This document shows, piece by piece, positions 10,301 to 19,187 of a stretch of 64,000 nt of DNA (positions are counted from its first letter, which is position 1; each line of letters starts with the position of its first letter). The stretch is from a virus. The notes beneath the pieces are model-generated. The model was not told the origin of the DNA. It was given only the letters and a program-made list of their open reading frames with translations, and made no database searches. The stretch covers positions 43,301 through 107,300 of IMG/VR virus record IMGVR_UViG_3300000117_000009; one strand, 5' to 3'. The position numbers and the translations under genes were made by a program.

Positions 10301-10946
10301 TGCAGAAGGAGTATGGAAACATTCCAAGTTAAACAAGACAGCTTTTTCTTCGCTAGCGAAGATGGAAGCATTTAAGTCTCTTGACGAGTTTAAAACTGAC
10401 GAATTGGATAATCACAAGCAACTCCATGATTTAATACTTGATAACTATACTACTCTCAAGAAAGGTTATTGGGGAATGACAAAAACTGCAGTAAAAAGAG
10501 CAAAAAAGAATCAAGAAGAAATTGTTCCAATTGTTGAAGATTTATTGACAAAGTATCGAGTTGTTTCTGACTGGAATAGATCAGAAAAAATTAGGAATTA
10601 TTTTGATCTCAGCAATGATGCAAGTGACGACCTCCTGTTTCCACCAAGTTTAATTAAAAAGTTAAACGACAAGCAAATCAACAGCGTCTTTGATATACCT
10701 GCAGGTGAAAGAGGAATTGGCTGGTTTACAGTGACAGAAGTTATTCATAAGACAACAAAAAACAACAAGGCGTTTATGCGATGGAAGTGTGTTGACTCAG
10801 ATAATCGTAGCGGATGGTTAAGAGTTTGGGGTAGTGTTGAAGATGGTGTTGAGTTTAGTACATGGCTTGCTGACGTAAAGAATGATGCTGGATGGGGTAT
10901 GTCATCTACACTTGCTAAACTTAAAAAGATTAATGCGTTTGATTAA
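7371..10946 (+). CDS. dnaE: DNA polymerase III alpha subunit
   Basis: PHP motifs HSHSTFSTFDG, TDHG and DSHY, plus RGSGGGSLV, PDIDTD, GRHAGG, KFDFLGL, YRPGP and FNKSHA. Confidence 0.97.
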   Translation: MSIDLITPPDRFVSLHSHSTFSTFDGLGYPSDHIDFVLSESQGMDAWGLTDHGNGNGLAHAHSHAVKMQKAGKNFRQVYGVEFYFVPSLDQWTDDYAAHRQAIKDAKTAAAAEKKGKENIVIDADDESGGLVIEDEDESKKIDILKDEWKRRYHLVITARNRKGLNNLFTLVKKSYKDGFYRYPRVDFKMIKEHGEGLHISTACLGGIYSNRILRGVAHDKSRDEIQKDLQNLSDRFTDAVGIENFKLELQFNKLNKQHVVNDYLIEHHKLTGIPLISTADSHYPSNDKWQARELYKKLGWLGKKDGMTLPAFEDLKCELYPKNAQQMWDEFLEGYKEHDFYKGNEQLVKESIERTHDIVWNDFEDTWIDVSAKLPTISIPNKTPFKHLSDLVKNALVSEGLHTNKEYVDRAKYELSDIKYLGHEAYFITMYEIFKKAETKTLFGPARGSGGGSLVNYLLGITQLDPIPYNLLWSRFLGRHRVSWPDIDTDAGDRDELINAAKELYGDDAVIPVSNFNTLKLKSLVKDIAKFYDIPFDEVNKVTGPLQDQVMQKAMDKNQEKSVFVLKHEDCMKYSPEYNEFMTEYPEVAEHVETLFMQNRAIGRHAGGVIIADADSLAESMPIVGVRGELQTPWTEGMNFRNLEDNGFLKFDFLGLTLLKDVENCIYRILKKQGNNNPTFTDARAFFDKHLNCRFVKQNDPKVWEHVYKDGKFCGIFQFTAPGARNFAKEAEPDSIEELAALTAIYRPGPLKANVHKKYVKAKRNASEIKYDHPIIEKILGPTFNYVVFQEQFMLLAQELSGFDPGEADKLRKTLVKKSLDTLHSKGSEKAIAREKFIKGAKELNDVPESVSSKLWEDIENFAVYGFNKSHAVAYAIGSYYAAWLHTHHETEWLAAILQSENGNPKGMSKAISEIKSFGYEIAAIDINHSEAEWEYSEVLKAFVPPLTSLKGVGDKAVEEVFANRPYKNLNTLFYDAEGVWKHSKLNKTAFSSLAKMEAFKSLDEFKTDELDNHKQLHDLILDNYTTLKKGYWGMTKTAVKRAKKNQEEIVPIVEDLLTKYRVVSDWNRSEKIRNYFDLSNDASDDLLFPPSLIKKLNDKQINSVFDIPAGERGIGWFTVTEVIHKTTKNNKAFMRWKCVDSDNRSGWLRVWGSVEDGVEFSTWLADVKNDAGWGMSSTLAKLKKINAFD

Positions 10947-10958
10947 ACGTATTAGATG

Positions 10959-11270
10959 CTAGAATGACATCATTTCTATAGGTGTTACTCCAAGCTTTAA
11001 TAGCTTTTCTTTATACATCGATTTAAATTTTAATTTCATCTCATGTCTTAGTTTATTGTCGTTTATTTCGTCTGCTTTTTGCATATTCAACCTGTACATT
11101 GCTAGTAAAGTTTCTTTATCTGCAGTTTCACTATTATTAGGTCCAGGCCCTAAAGCTTGAATAGGATCTGAACCCATGTGTCCATGACCACCTGACAGGT
11201 CGTCGCTATAGTGAGATTCTTTTATAGCACTTCTAATGATTGAGCGTAAACGTCTTTCTGTGATTTTCAT
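10959..11270 (-). CDS. small hypothetical protein with MKIT..LR.IIR..I.E leader
   Basis: Leader MKITERRLRSIIRSAIKE is nearly identical to that of 63564..63920. RBS AGGAG. Confidence 0.75.
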   Translation of the reverse strand: MKITERRLRSIIRSAIKESHYSDDLSGGHGHMGSDPIQALGPGPNNSETADKETLLAMYRLNMQKADEINDNKLRHEMKLKFKSMYKEKLLKLGVTPIEMMSF

Positions 11271-11352
11271 ATTTGTTTTCTCCTAAAATATGTTTTTAAA
11301 TATGATAAAATTTTATATTTTTATTTATAATATAAAATAAAAAAGGTTTTAA

Positions 11353-12243
11353 ATGAGATTTTTCAATATTAATATCGAAGGCCCTGATTGCAGTGGCAAA
11401 ACAACTTTATACAGTCAGCTGCACAAAGAAACTAATTTTAAATATAACATTCAAGACAGAAGTTGTATGTCTATGTTTGTTTATGCAAAGATGTATGGAA
11501 GAGAAGATGCATCACTTTGGTTTGATAAAATTTTAGACGACCTTAAGCGACTAGACACACTTTACATACTTCTTTTACCTTCAGAAAAAACAATTCTTAA
11601 TAGACTACAAAAAAGAGGCGATGATTTTCAAGATAAAGACAGCATTTTAAAAGTAAGAAGTTATTTTAGAAATATTGCAAAAATGGGTTTTGGTTCCTAT
11701 CCTAACGTTTTAGTTTTAGAAGAAGATGATTTAGAAACAAATATAAACAAAACATTACAGTTTATAAACGCTCTAAACGAAATGCCTGGTCAAGAACTAA
11801 TCAAGTCTTTAGTGTTTAGCAGTGGTAGAAATGAATTGATTGATGTACAATGTAAAGAAGAAGTTAATAGAAATCATTTGGATTTAACTGTATTAGACTT
11901 TCCTCAAGAAAAAGAGTATTACGAAAAAATTGAGTTTGAGTTTTTTAATAAAATTTTTAGAGAGTTTGTTGGACTAAACGAACGCAATCAAGCACAAAAG
12001 CATGATAGCAGAAGATTTATCTATACTAGTGATAGTTGTATATCAATGATTCACGTTTTATGGCGCCAAAATAAATTAAATGTATTGGCAACCCTAAGAT
12101 CTTCAAACGTATCAAAAACTTTATGGGCTGATTATGAATTTCTTAAGATACTTAGTGTTAAAACTGCCAAAGAAATGTCTTTACCTGAAGATTGTGTTAT
12201 AAAACTTACAGTTGATATTCGATCGGCACATATAGTACCTTAG
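11353..12243 (+). CDS. dNMP kinase fused to a minimal thymidylate synthase / dCMP hydroxymethylase-like domain
   Basis: P-loop EGPDCSGKTT and DRS. The C-terminal part has SRR, SCIS (catalytic Cys), RSSNV..LWADY and SAHI. Confidence 0.75.
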   Translation: MRFFNINIEGPDCSGKTTLYSQLHKETNFKYNIQDRSCMSMFVYAKMYGREDASLWFDKILDDLKRLDTLYILLLPSEKTILNRLQKRGDDFQDKDSILKVRSYFRNIAKMGFGSYPNVLVLEEDDLETNINKTLQFINALNEMPGQELIKSLVFSSGRNELIDVQCKEEVNRNHLDLTVLDFPQEKEYYEKIEFEFFNKIFREFVGLNERNQAQKHDSRRFIYTSDSCISMIHVLWRQNKLNVLATLRSSNVSKTLWADYEFLKILSVKTAKEMSLPEDCVIKLTVDIRSAHIVP

Positions 12244-12252
12244 AGAATTTTT

Positions 12253-12825
12253 ATGAACCCACAATTTATAATTTATACTGGCCCGATGTTTGGGTCAAAA
12301 ACAACAAGATTAATGTCTGATATCGATCGATCCTTATATAAAGGTCGTAAAGTAATAGCTTTCAAAGCTAAAAAAGACAATAGATATACAAAAGAAACAA
12401 TTAGTACACATACTGGTGCAACATATCCAGCATTTTGCATAAACCATGCTGAAGAGATATTGTGTTATGTAAACGAAGACATACATAATTCAAACACAAT
12501 AGTCGCTGTTGACGAAGCTTTTATGATTCAGGATATTGACTCTGTTTTGATTTCTTTATATCGTAAAGGTGTTAATATAATTGTGTCATCAATTCAATTA
12601 GACGCAAACGAGATACCTTTTGAGAACATAAAAAACATGATGCCTTGGGCGACAAAAATCGAAATTTGTCCAGCTGTCTGTACGATCTGTGACCAGGATG
12701 CATATTTTACAGAAGCTATGTTTGATATTAACAGTGCAACACAAGAAGAAAGAATTGGCTCGTTTGGAATGTATGAGCCAAGATGTGCAACCCACTACAC
12801 TAGTTTTAGAGAGACTAAAGATTGA
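12253..12825 (+). CDS. tdk: thymidine kinase
   Basis: GPMFGSKTT, VDEA, Zn-binding CTIC and YEPRC..H. Confidence 0.93.
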   Translation: MNPQFIIYTGPMFGSKTTRLMSDIDRSLYKGRKVIAFKAKKDNRYTKETISTHTGATYPAFCINHAEEILCYVNEDIHNSNTIVAVDEAFMIQDIDSVLISLYRKGVNIIVSSIQLDANEIPFENIKNMMPWATKIEICPAVCTICDQDAYFTEAMFDINSATQEERIGSFGMYEPRCATHYTSFRETKD

Positions 12826-13715
12826 AAAAAATTAATGTACCAATTATTCCGAAAGATTTAGGCACAAGGTTCAAGTCGTCAGATATCTGGTTTGTTTGTC
12901 AAACAAACAAATTTGTAAAATCAATTAGACCGCCAAAGTATTCTAGCTTATATAACGGTAAAGCTCATCAAAGATTTGAAGAAGCTTATAGAAAGCATAT
13001 TAAAAATTATCCTGACAATATGTCATTTGTAAAAGCAAGCCTCTTTAATGCGACTAACATTGTAACGCCTAAGCAGATCTTGTTAAATCAAGGTTACACT
13101 TACTATTTTAAACTTTTACCTGAGCAAATCGAAAAATGCCTATTTTCAGTCACTATAGATGGTGAAAATGCTTTAGTAAAAGGTATTCAGGGTTTTGCAG
13201 GAGTATATAAGGTATGGAATGAGAGAAAAGACACATGTACTGAAGTAACATCTTATAGTGACAAGCCAAGTGATAATATTGAAGTTATTATTCCATTTAA
13301 AGTTAAACCTCAATATTACATACCAGAAGTCAAAAAAAGGACTTTTTATCACGGAAGTTTACAAAGATTTAGTTCTTTAAACAAGTTTTCTTACGTAACA
13401 CCTTACAAAGAAGACGCGATTAAATTTGCAATACCTTGGTCATCAGACGAGTTGCTTATAAAAGACAGAGAAATGTCAGATTTAGGTCGGCCGCCTAAGT
13501 GCCTTTACTTTAAAAGAGATATAGAAATAGAAGATAGTAAAGTTTATTTATACGCTATAAAAGGTATTGACACAATTAGCTCTGGAACAAATACAGGAAA
13601 AATCTTTCCTTGGAATAGAATAACATTAAAAGAAGCGTCTGAAGAAGATAAAAGTCTTAAACTTGAAAAGAAGATTATGTCTTGGAAAAAAGTGTTATCA
13701 GCTATTAACATTTAA
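12822..13715 (+). CDS. hypothetical protein with C-terminal ART-like motif
   Basis: FYHGS...YVTPYKEDAIKFA resembles Arr-type ADP-ribosyltransferase motifs. Confidence 0.45.
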   Translation: MKKINVPIIPKDLGTRFKSSDIWFVCQTNKFVKSIRPPKYSSLYNGKAHQRFEEAYRKHIKNYPDNMSFVKASLFNATNIVTPKQILLNQGYTYYFKLLPEQIEKCLFSVTIDGENALVKGIQGFAGVYKVWNERKDTCTEVTSYSDKPSDNIEVIIPFKVKPQYYIPEVKKRTFYHGSLQRFSSLNKFSYVTPYKEDAIKFAIPWSSDELLIKDREMSDLGRPPKCLYFKRDIEIEDSKVYLYAIKGIDTISSGTNTGKIFPWNRITLKEASEEDKSLKLEKKIMSWKKVLSAINI

Positions 13716-14169
13716 CAGGCGTATATTCTATATTACTGTCATGTTTTTTTAGATCAATTCTAACTTGCTCTAACGTATCTTCCCTGTCATCCCAAAACTT
13801 AACGTAAGTTATATTATCATTTGCACATATTTCATCTAATATTACATGAGACTTATAAATTGGTGCTCTTTCTTTTCTGTAAGCAGACTTAAAGTAACAT
13901 TGATCAAAATCGTTTAAAGACATATTGTTTTGATTTAAAAGCTCTTCTGTTGACATTATATATTCAGATTTATTTGTTCTTGCTGTGCAAAGTATTACTC
14001 TTGTTTGAGAATTACCTAGAGAGTTTTGAAGTTCAGCAACAATATTTTCTATCCAATCTTCTTTTTTATGATCGTATAACGTCATATCAAAGTCATAAAT
14101 ATGTAATGTATTTATTGGTTCTTTTTTTATAATATACTTTATGTAGTTTTCCAGTAGTAAATTAGACAT
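13705..14169 (-). CDS. HAD-superfamily phosphatase (PNKP / RNA-repair phosphatase-like)
   Basis: YDFDMTL, CTAR, K and WDDR motifs. Likely start is MSNLLLENYIK at 14169, after GAGG. Confidence 0.8.
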   Translation of the reverse strand: MSNLLLENYIKYIIKKEPINTLHIYDFDMTLYDHKKEDWIENIVAELQNSLGNSQTRVILCTARTNKSEYIMSTEELLNQNNMSLNDFDQCYFKSAYRKERAPIYKSHVILDEICANDNITYVKFWDDREDTLEQVRIDLKKHDSNIEYTPVKC

Positions 14170-14188
14170 AAAACCTCGGAGTAATTTA

Positions 14189-14608
14189 ATGGTAGATATA
14201 AATAGGCCTTCATGGGACAAAATTTGGATGCAAATGGCAGAAACTATTGCTCAACGTAGCCATCACCCAACTTTTAAAGTAGGTGCACTTATAGTAACGT
14301 CAGATAATACGCAAGTTCTTTCCTTAGGATATAATGGTCGCGCAGCAGGAATGTCAAACGTACCTCAATCTGATGAACCTGGGTGTAGTGGTTTATTGCA
14401 TGCTGAAATTAATGCGTTGCTTAAACTTGACTATAATAATCCTAAAGATAAGGTAATGTACATTACACTAAGCCCTTGCGAAAATTGTGCAATGGCAATT
14501 ATAAATAGCGGCATAAAAAAAGTAGTGTACAAAGATGAGTATAGAGACATGTCAGGTGTAGATTTATTGAGAAAAGCAAATATTACTGTTAATAATATAT
14601 ATTTATAG
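14189..14608 (+). CDS. dCMP deaminase
   Basis: RPSWD, KVGA, GYNG, HAEINA and SPCENC. Confidence 0.93.
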   Translation: MVDINRPSWDKIWMQMAETIAQRSHHPTFKVGALIVTSDNTQVLSLGYNGRAAGMSNVPQSDEPGCSGLLHAEINALLKLDYNNPKDKVMYITLSPCENCAMAIINSGIKKVVYKDEYRDMSGVDLLRKANITVNNIYL

Positions 14609-14633
14609 TAAAACAATATATAAAGAGGAAAGT

Positions 14634-17600
14634 ATGCAACATAGTTTATCAAAAATGCTTTTTGAAGATCAAGATCCTGCAAAAGATCTTATGGTTGATA
14701 TTACTAAAGCACGTGCCGTTTTAAAAGAAAATCGTCATATATTAAAAGAAAACTACGATTATTCAGATGAAGAAATTAATTGTCTAATTGAATCAGGAAG
14801 GCTTGATGAGATTGTGCCTCTTTTGGCTGCAATTCCTGGCGCGTTAGCTACTGCAGGTAGAGTAGCAGGTGCTGCTGCAAACACTGGTATTAAAATTGCA
14901 GCCAATGCAGCAAAATCAACAGCACAAGCTGCAGCTACTGGTGTTAGAATTGCTGCTCAAACTACAGTAAAAGCTGCTAAAGAAGTAGGAAAGCAGGCAG
15001 GCAAAACAATTATAAAAAAAGGTAAAAATATGGCGGTTGATGCAGCATCTAATTTAAAAGATAAAATCTCTTCTGAAGAAGAAGAAGAAGAATCAACTAG
15101 TGAGGCTATAGAAGAAGCGTTAAAAACTTTTAGTTTAAAAGGTGTAAATATTTTAAATGAAGAAAATATTTCTTCTTCTGCAAGTCAAGGTGACAAAGAA
15201 GGTGATCAAAAAGATGCTGAAGAAGGTGATCAAAAAGATGCTGAAGAAACAAAAAAGTCTGACGAAGAGAAAAAGTCTGACGAAGAGAAAAAGTCTGACG
15301 AAGAGAAAAAAGTTGGTGATACATTAGACATTAGCGATTTAATAGCAGAAAAATCCATTTCACATGCAAATATAATTAAAATAGCTAAAAGATCATTGGA
15401 AAATATTAAAAATCAACAAAACATTGTTAATATGAGAAAAGAATTTTCTCGTTATGATATTGAAAATCTAAGTGAAGAGGAAACAGAAAAACTTAAAGAA
15501 TATATTGAAAAGCTACAAGACGATCATCCAGAAGGAATGATAGATAGATCAAACTTTAAAAGCTTTTTAACTAAGCCACACCCTCAACCTGTTATTGGAA
15601 AAGCCATTATTAATCCTTTACAAATGAGATCAGGAGCAGATCAAAAAATAGCAGTTGATCCAGCAGATATTAAATTTTATCAAAAAAATAAAATTATACC
15701 TTTCATGATTAATTATCAAACGCAAGAGGGTCTGCAGACATTATCAGGACACTCACAAAAAAATGATTATGTTGTTGTTTTTATTGCACCAGCATTTGGT
15801 GCTTTATTAAATGAAAAAGATGTAGAAACATATAAAGCTTTTTTCCCAAACTATTCAGCTGAAGTTAATTTAGGTGAAGGACATGTAGTAATAGACTGTG
15901 ATGAAATTGCTTTTATGTATGTTGATCCAGTAAAAGAATTGCCAAAGCTTCAAACTTCTTTTATGTCTAAAGCACAAGAAATATTAAATAGAACTGAGAC
16001 TAGGAAAAGTGATGGTAAACCTAGTGAACAAGCCGTTAGTCAAGAAACACAAGATTCTTCTAGCGGAAAAACAAACGAAAGTATTTATAACAAGTTTATC
16101 TATCAAGGTGGAATATCACAGCTTTTAAATGAAAAAAATTCTTCGCTAGATGTTTTAAAATTTGTAAACGTAGCTAAGAACGAAAAGCCTCAGGATTTTG
16201 ATGAAGCAAGCTATCAATCTAGCTGGGAAAATTCAATGCTTGCCGAAAAATCAATTAATGTTATAAGAGACAGTTATTCTTCTTATTTACAAGTTCAAAA
16301 AGAAGAATACGAAGAAAAACAAGATAAAGACTCTCAAGAAAAAGCTGGTATGATTGGTAACTTTATACAAGCAGGCGGGAATATAACAAAAGGTTCAACA
16401 CAAGCATTTGGTTTATATGCTACAATTGGTAGCATTCCAGGTATTGGCGCTATAGGTGCAGGTGCTGCAGGTACAGCAGCACTGACTATGCTGCCTTATG
16501 TTATAGGTCTTTCTGTAGCAATGCCTGCCTTAACTAAAGGTGCATCTCTAGGTGCAAAAGCTTACACTTCATTTACATCAAGAAAAAGAGAAAAAGAGTT
16601 AAACAAATCAGAGCTAGATGATCAAATAAAAATAGTTCTTAAGCAACAAACGCAAGACGTTGGTTTCAACAGTATAGGGGACGAAGTTCAGAAGCTTGAT
16701 ACAGTTTTTAGTAGTATAAAACAAAAATTTACTAATGAAAAATATTACGCTGAAGATGGAAAAGGCGTTGACTCTGACTCTGAAGACTATCATAAGATCT
16801 CGACACGAGACTTTATGAAAGTATGTAACAAAAAACAATTATCATTTACTGAAATTAGCGACTTTTCAGGGTCAGAAAAAAAACAATCGGTGTTTACTGA
16901 CTTTTTAATTGGTTGTAACAAAGCTTTAAATGTAATTGATATTGAAATTGACGAAGTTGCAGGTATGGAAATTCAGACAAAAACAGGTAAAGATAATTTA
17001 TTGCAACGCGAAATTGATTTTGATAACAAACCTATTTTGAAAGAAGTAGTTGAGACAATGATGAAAGAGGTTGAAAAATTTCCAGCAGTTACTTTTAGAG
17101 ATCGAATGATGAAATCAGGTATTATTGCTAGACTTAAGTTAGGCGAGCTAGAGGCAGCTCAAAAAATGATAGAAGATCTTCAATCGTCTAGGTGGTCTGC
17201 AAGGTCCGAAAAGGTTTTAAAACCAAAAGAAAACGAAACAGAAGAAGAAGTATTGTCAGATATGTCTGAATTTTTAAATATACCAAAAGAAAATATTGCA
17301 AACGAATTTGAGTCTTCAAGAATAATGCCTATTACAAGCAGTATGATTGAAGCAATAATTGCTCTTCAAAGTGTTGTTTATAAAAATATGCGTTTAAGCC
17401 TTTCCAAACCCTTAGACGAACAAAATTTTAAAATTGATCAAGATATAAAGATTGTTGACTCCATTGAAAAAGAAAAGCAAAATACAGTTATGTGGAATGG
17501 TGCTGAAAAAATTGCATATATGATTTTACCTAAAAATGATTTTGAAATTCCTAAAGGTTTGAATCTCAAAGGTGATAACGCTCAATCGTTTCAAGATTTA

Positions 17601-17879
17601 TATTACGTAATGCTGCATAATGTAATCATATGTACTTTTTCTGATGGTGATCCAGATGAATTTGAAACTGTTTTAAATTTTATCATCAATGACATTGATG
17701 ATAAAACAAATTTAAAAGCAATGGAAGCATTTGTTATGAACAATTATAAAACATTAATGACTGCAGCAGCAAACGTTAAGAGTAAACTTAAAATTGAAAA
17801 TAAAGAAGTTTTTTATAAAAATAGTCTAGCAAGACTTTTGTTTGAAATGTCATGCAGTGAACTAAACTTTAATAATTAA
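14634..17879 (+). CDS. large putative virion internal or ejection protein
   Basis: Tags SLSKMLFE, RLDE and SLARLLFE. Gly/Ala-rich hydrophobic segments and acidic repeats. Confidence 0.5.
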   Translation: MQHSLSKMLFEDQDPAKDLMVDITKARAVLKENRHILKENYDYSDEEINCLIESGRLDEIVPLLAAIPGALATAGRVAGAAANTGIKIAANAAKSTAQAAATGVRIAAQTTVKAAKEVGKQAGKTIIKKGKNMAVDAASNLKDKISSEEEEEESTSEAIEEALKTFSLKGVNILNEENISSSASQGDKEGDQKDAEEGDQKDAEETKKSDEEKKSDEEKKSDEEKKVGDTLDISDLIAEKSISHANIIKIAKRSLENIKNQQNIVNMRKEFSRYDIENLSEEETEKLKEYIEKLQDDHPEGMIDRSNFKSFLTKPHPQPVIGKAIINPLQMRSGADQKIAVDPADIKFYQKNKIIPFMINYQTQEGLQTLSGHSQKNDYVVVFIAPAFGALLNEKDVETYKAFFPNYSAEVNLGEGHVVIDCDEIAFMYVDPVKELPKLQTSFMSKAQEILNRTETRKSDGKPSEQAVSQETQDSSSGKTNESIYNKFIYQGGISQLLNEKNSSLDVLKFVNVAKNEKPQDFDEASYQSSWENSMLAEKSINVIRDSYSSYLQVQKEEYEEKQDKDSQEKAGMIGNFIQAGGNITKGSTQAFGLYATIGSIPGIGAIGAGAAGTAALTMLPYVIGLSVAMPALTKGASLGAKAYTSFTSRKREKELNKSELDDQIKIVLKQQTQDVGFNSIGDEVQKLDTVFSSIKQKFTNEKYYAEDGKGVDSDSEDYHKISTRDFMKVCNKKQLSFTEISDFSGSEKKQSVFTDFLIGCNKALNVIDIEIDEVAGMEIQTKTGKDNLLQREIDFDNKPILKEVVETMMKEVEKFPAVTFRDRMMKSGIIARLKLGELEAAQKMIEDLQSSRWSARSEKVLKPKENETEEEVLSDMSEFLNIPKENIANEFESSRIMPITSSMIEAIIALQSVVYKNMRLSLSKPLDEQNFKIDQDIKIVDSIEKEKQNTVMWNGAEKIAYMILPKNDFEIPKGLNLKGDNAQSFQDLYYVMLHNVIICTFSDGDPDEFETVLNFIINDIDDKTNLKAMEAFVMNNYKTLMTAAANVKSKLKIENKEVFYKNSLARLLFEMSCSELNFNN
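15198..15305 (+). repeat. in-frame tandem repeats: 2 x 24 bp (EGDQKDAE) and 3 x 18 bp (KKSDEE)
   Basis: gaaggtgatcaaaaagatgctgaa x2 at 15198-15245; aaaaagtctgacgaagag x3 at 15252-15305. Confidence 0.95.
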
Positions 17880-17922
17880 ACAGTACTTCTATAATTAGTG
17901 TGTATATTAGGAGATTAAAATT

Positions 17923-18471
17923 ATGAAACTTGACAGCAAGTTAATGCTAAAGCTTTTAAAAGAAGAATACGACAAAAGAATAAACTACTATCTTGGTGAA
18001 GTTGAAACTAGAGCTAAACATAGTCAAGAAGACGGTGAATTGGTGCAAAATGCGAGTGGCTTAAAAGTTAAAGATAGAGCAGGAAACGTGTTTGTAATTG
18101 ATAGACTTGAAGAGCCAGAAGGAGGTGAAATATTAGTTTATTTAATTCCTCCAGGTAGAGAAGATTCAAACTTAAAAATACAAACACCTTCAGCGCCTAT
18201 GAATGATGTTAGAGAGGATAATCTAAGCCAAACTTATAGCTCATTAGAAGTTAATGAAAAAGAAGAAAACGAAAAAGAAGGCAAAAGAAAAATCGATGAT
18301 AAAAAGCCCGATCCTATGAAAAGCGGAGAAATAATCAAGCCAAACCCAAAAGCTAAGACTAAAAAAAGCTTTGACATAAAATCAAATGTTGAAAGCATAG
18401 ACTCTTATGAAGAGGTTAACGGGAGAATAGTTATAACATTAAAACAACTAGATAAGGACTTTACACTATGA
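17923..18471 (+). CDS. hypothetical protein with LLKEE leader
   Basis: ORF with AGGAG RBS. Confidence 0.7.
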   Translation: MKLDSKLMLKLLKEEYDKRINYYLGEVETRAKHSQEDGELVQNASGLKVKDRAGNVFVIDRLEEPEGGEILVYLIPPGREDSNLKIQTPSAPMNDVREDNLSQTYSSLEVNEKEENEKEGKRKIDDKKPDPMKSGEIIKPNPKAKTKKSFDIKSNVESIDSYEEVNGRIVITLKQLDKDFTL

Positions 18472-19184
18472 ATAAACTAGAAGATATAATCAGTAAAGCT
18501 GTGAGTGATACTTTGCAAGAAAAAGGTGTTAACAATCATCATAATAAAAAGATAGAAAACCTTAATGAATCATATGTAACGCAAGTTGGAAGCTTTAATT
18601 TGCAAACTGAACTTCTTTCTTCAAAAACTAAAAAAGCACATCAACAACTTTTAAAAGGCTATGTAGAAACATTAAACAAAATTTCAGCAAGTTTAGACGG
18701 TGTTGACAAGTCTTCAGCAAACTTAAACATGTCTGCTTTTCGATCTCTTAAGATAGATGAAACATACAATCATAATGCTGCTTTTCTTCATGGTTTGTAT
18801 TTTGAAAACATTAGCGACTTAAGCAGTAATATTTCTGTTGACTCTTTGGCTTATATGCGACTTTCAAGAGACTTTGGCAGCTTTGATGCTTGGCAAGAAG
18901 ATTTTGTTGCTTGTTGCTTGTCAGCTAGAAACGGTTGGGCAATAACTGCATATAATACTCATTTGCAAAGATTTGTTAATACAGTTGTTGACTTACATAG
19001 TTTAAATGTAATGACTGGTATTTATCCAGTTATTATTATGGATTGTTGGGAACATAGCTATTATAGAGACTATTTAAAAGATAGAAAATCATATGTTTTT
19101 GGTATGATGAAAGAATTAAACTGGGAAGTAATAGAAAATAGAATTAAAAAAGCTGATGCGATAGCAAAAATAATTAAAGGTTAA
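18468..19184 (+). CDS. Fe/Mn superoxide dismutase with N-terminal extension
   Basis: Ligand motifs AHQQL, FLHGLYFEN and DCWEHSYYRDY, plus FGSFDAW. Confidence 0.88.
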   Translation: MNKLEDIISKAVSDTLQEKGVNNHHNKKIENLNESYVTQVGSFNLQTELLSSKTKKAHQQLLKGYVETLNKISASLDGVDKSSANLNMSAFRSLKIDETYNHNAAFLHGLYFENISDLSSNISVDSLAYMRLSRDFGSFDAWQEDFVACCLSARNGWAITAYNTHLQRFVNTVVDLHSLNVMTGIYPVIIMDCWEHSYYRDYLKDRKSYVFGMMKELNWEVIENRIKKADAIAKIIKG

Positions 19185-19187
19185 AAA

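Noticed and set aside
7371-10946. Intein or intron in dnaE
   Set aside because: The length is normal and there are no intein splice or LAGLIDADG motifs. The only insertion noticed is a short charged loop.
15198-15305. Tandem repeats as a mini-CRISPR or replication iterons
   Set aside because: Unit lengths are multiples of three, in frame, with no spacers; they encode a low-complexity linker.
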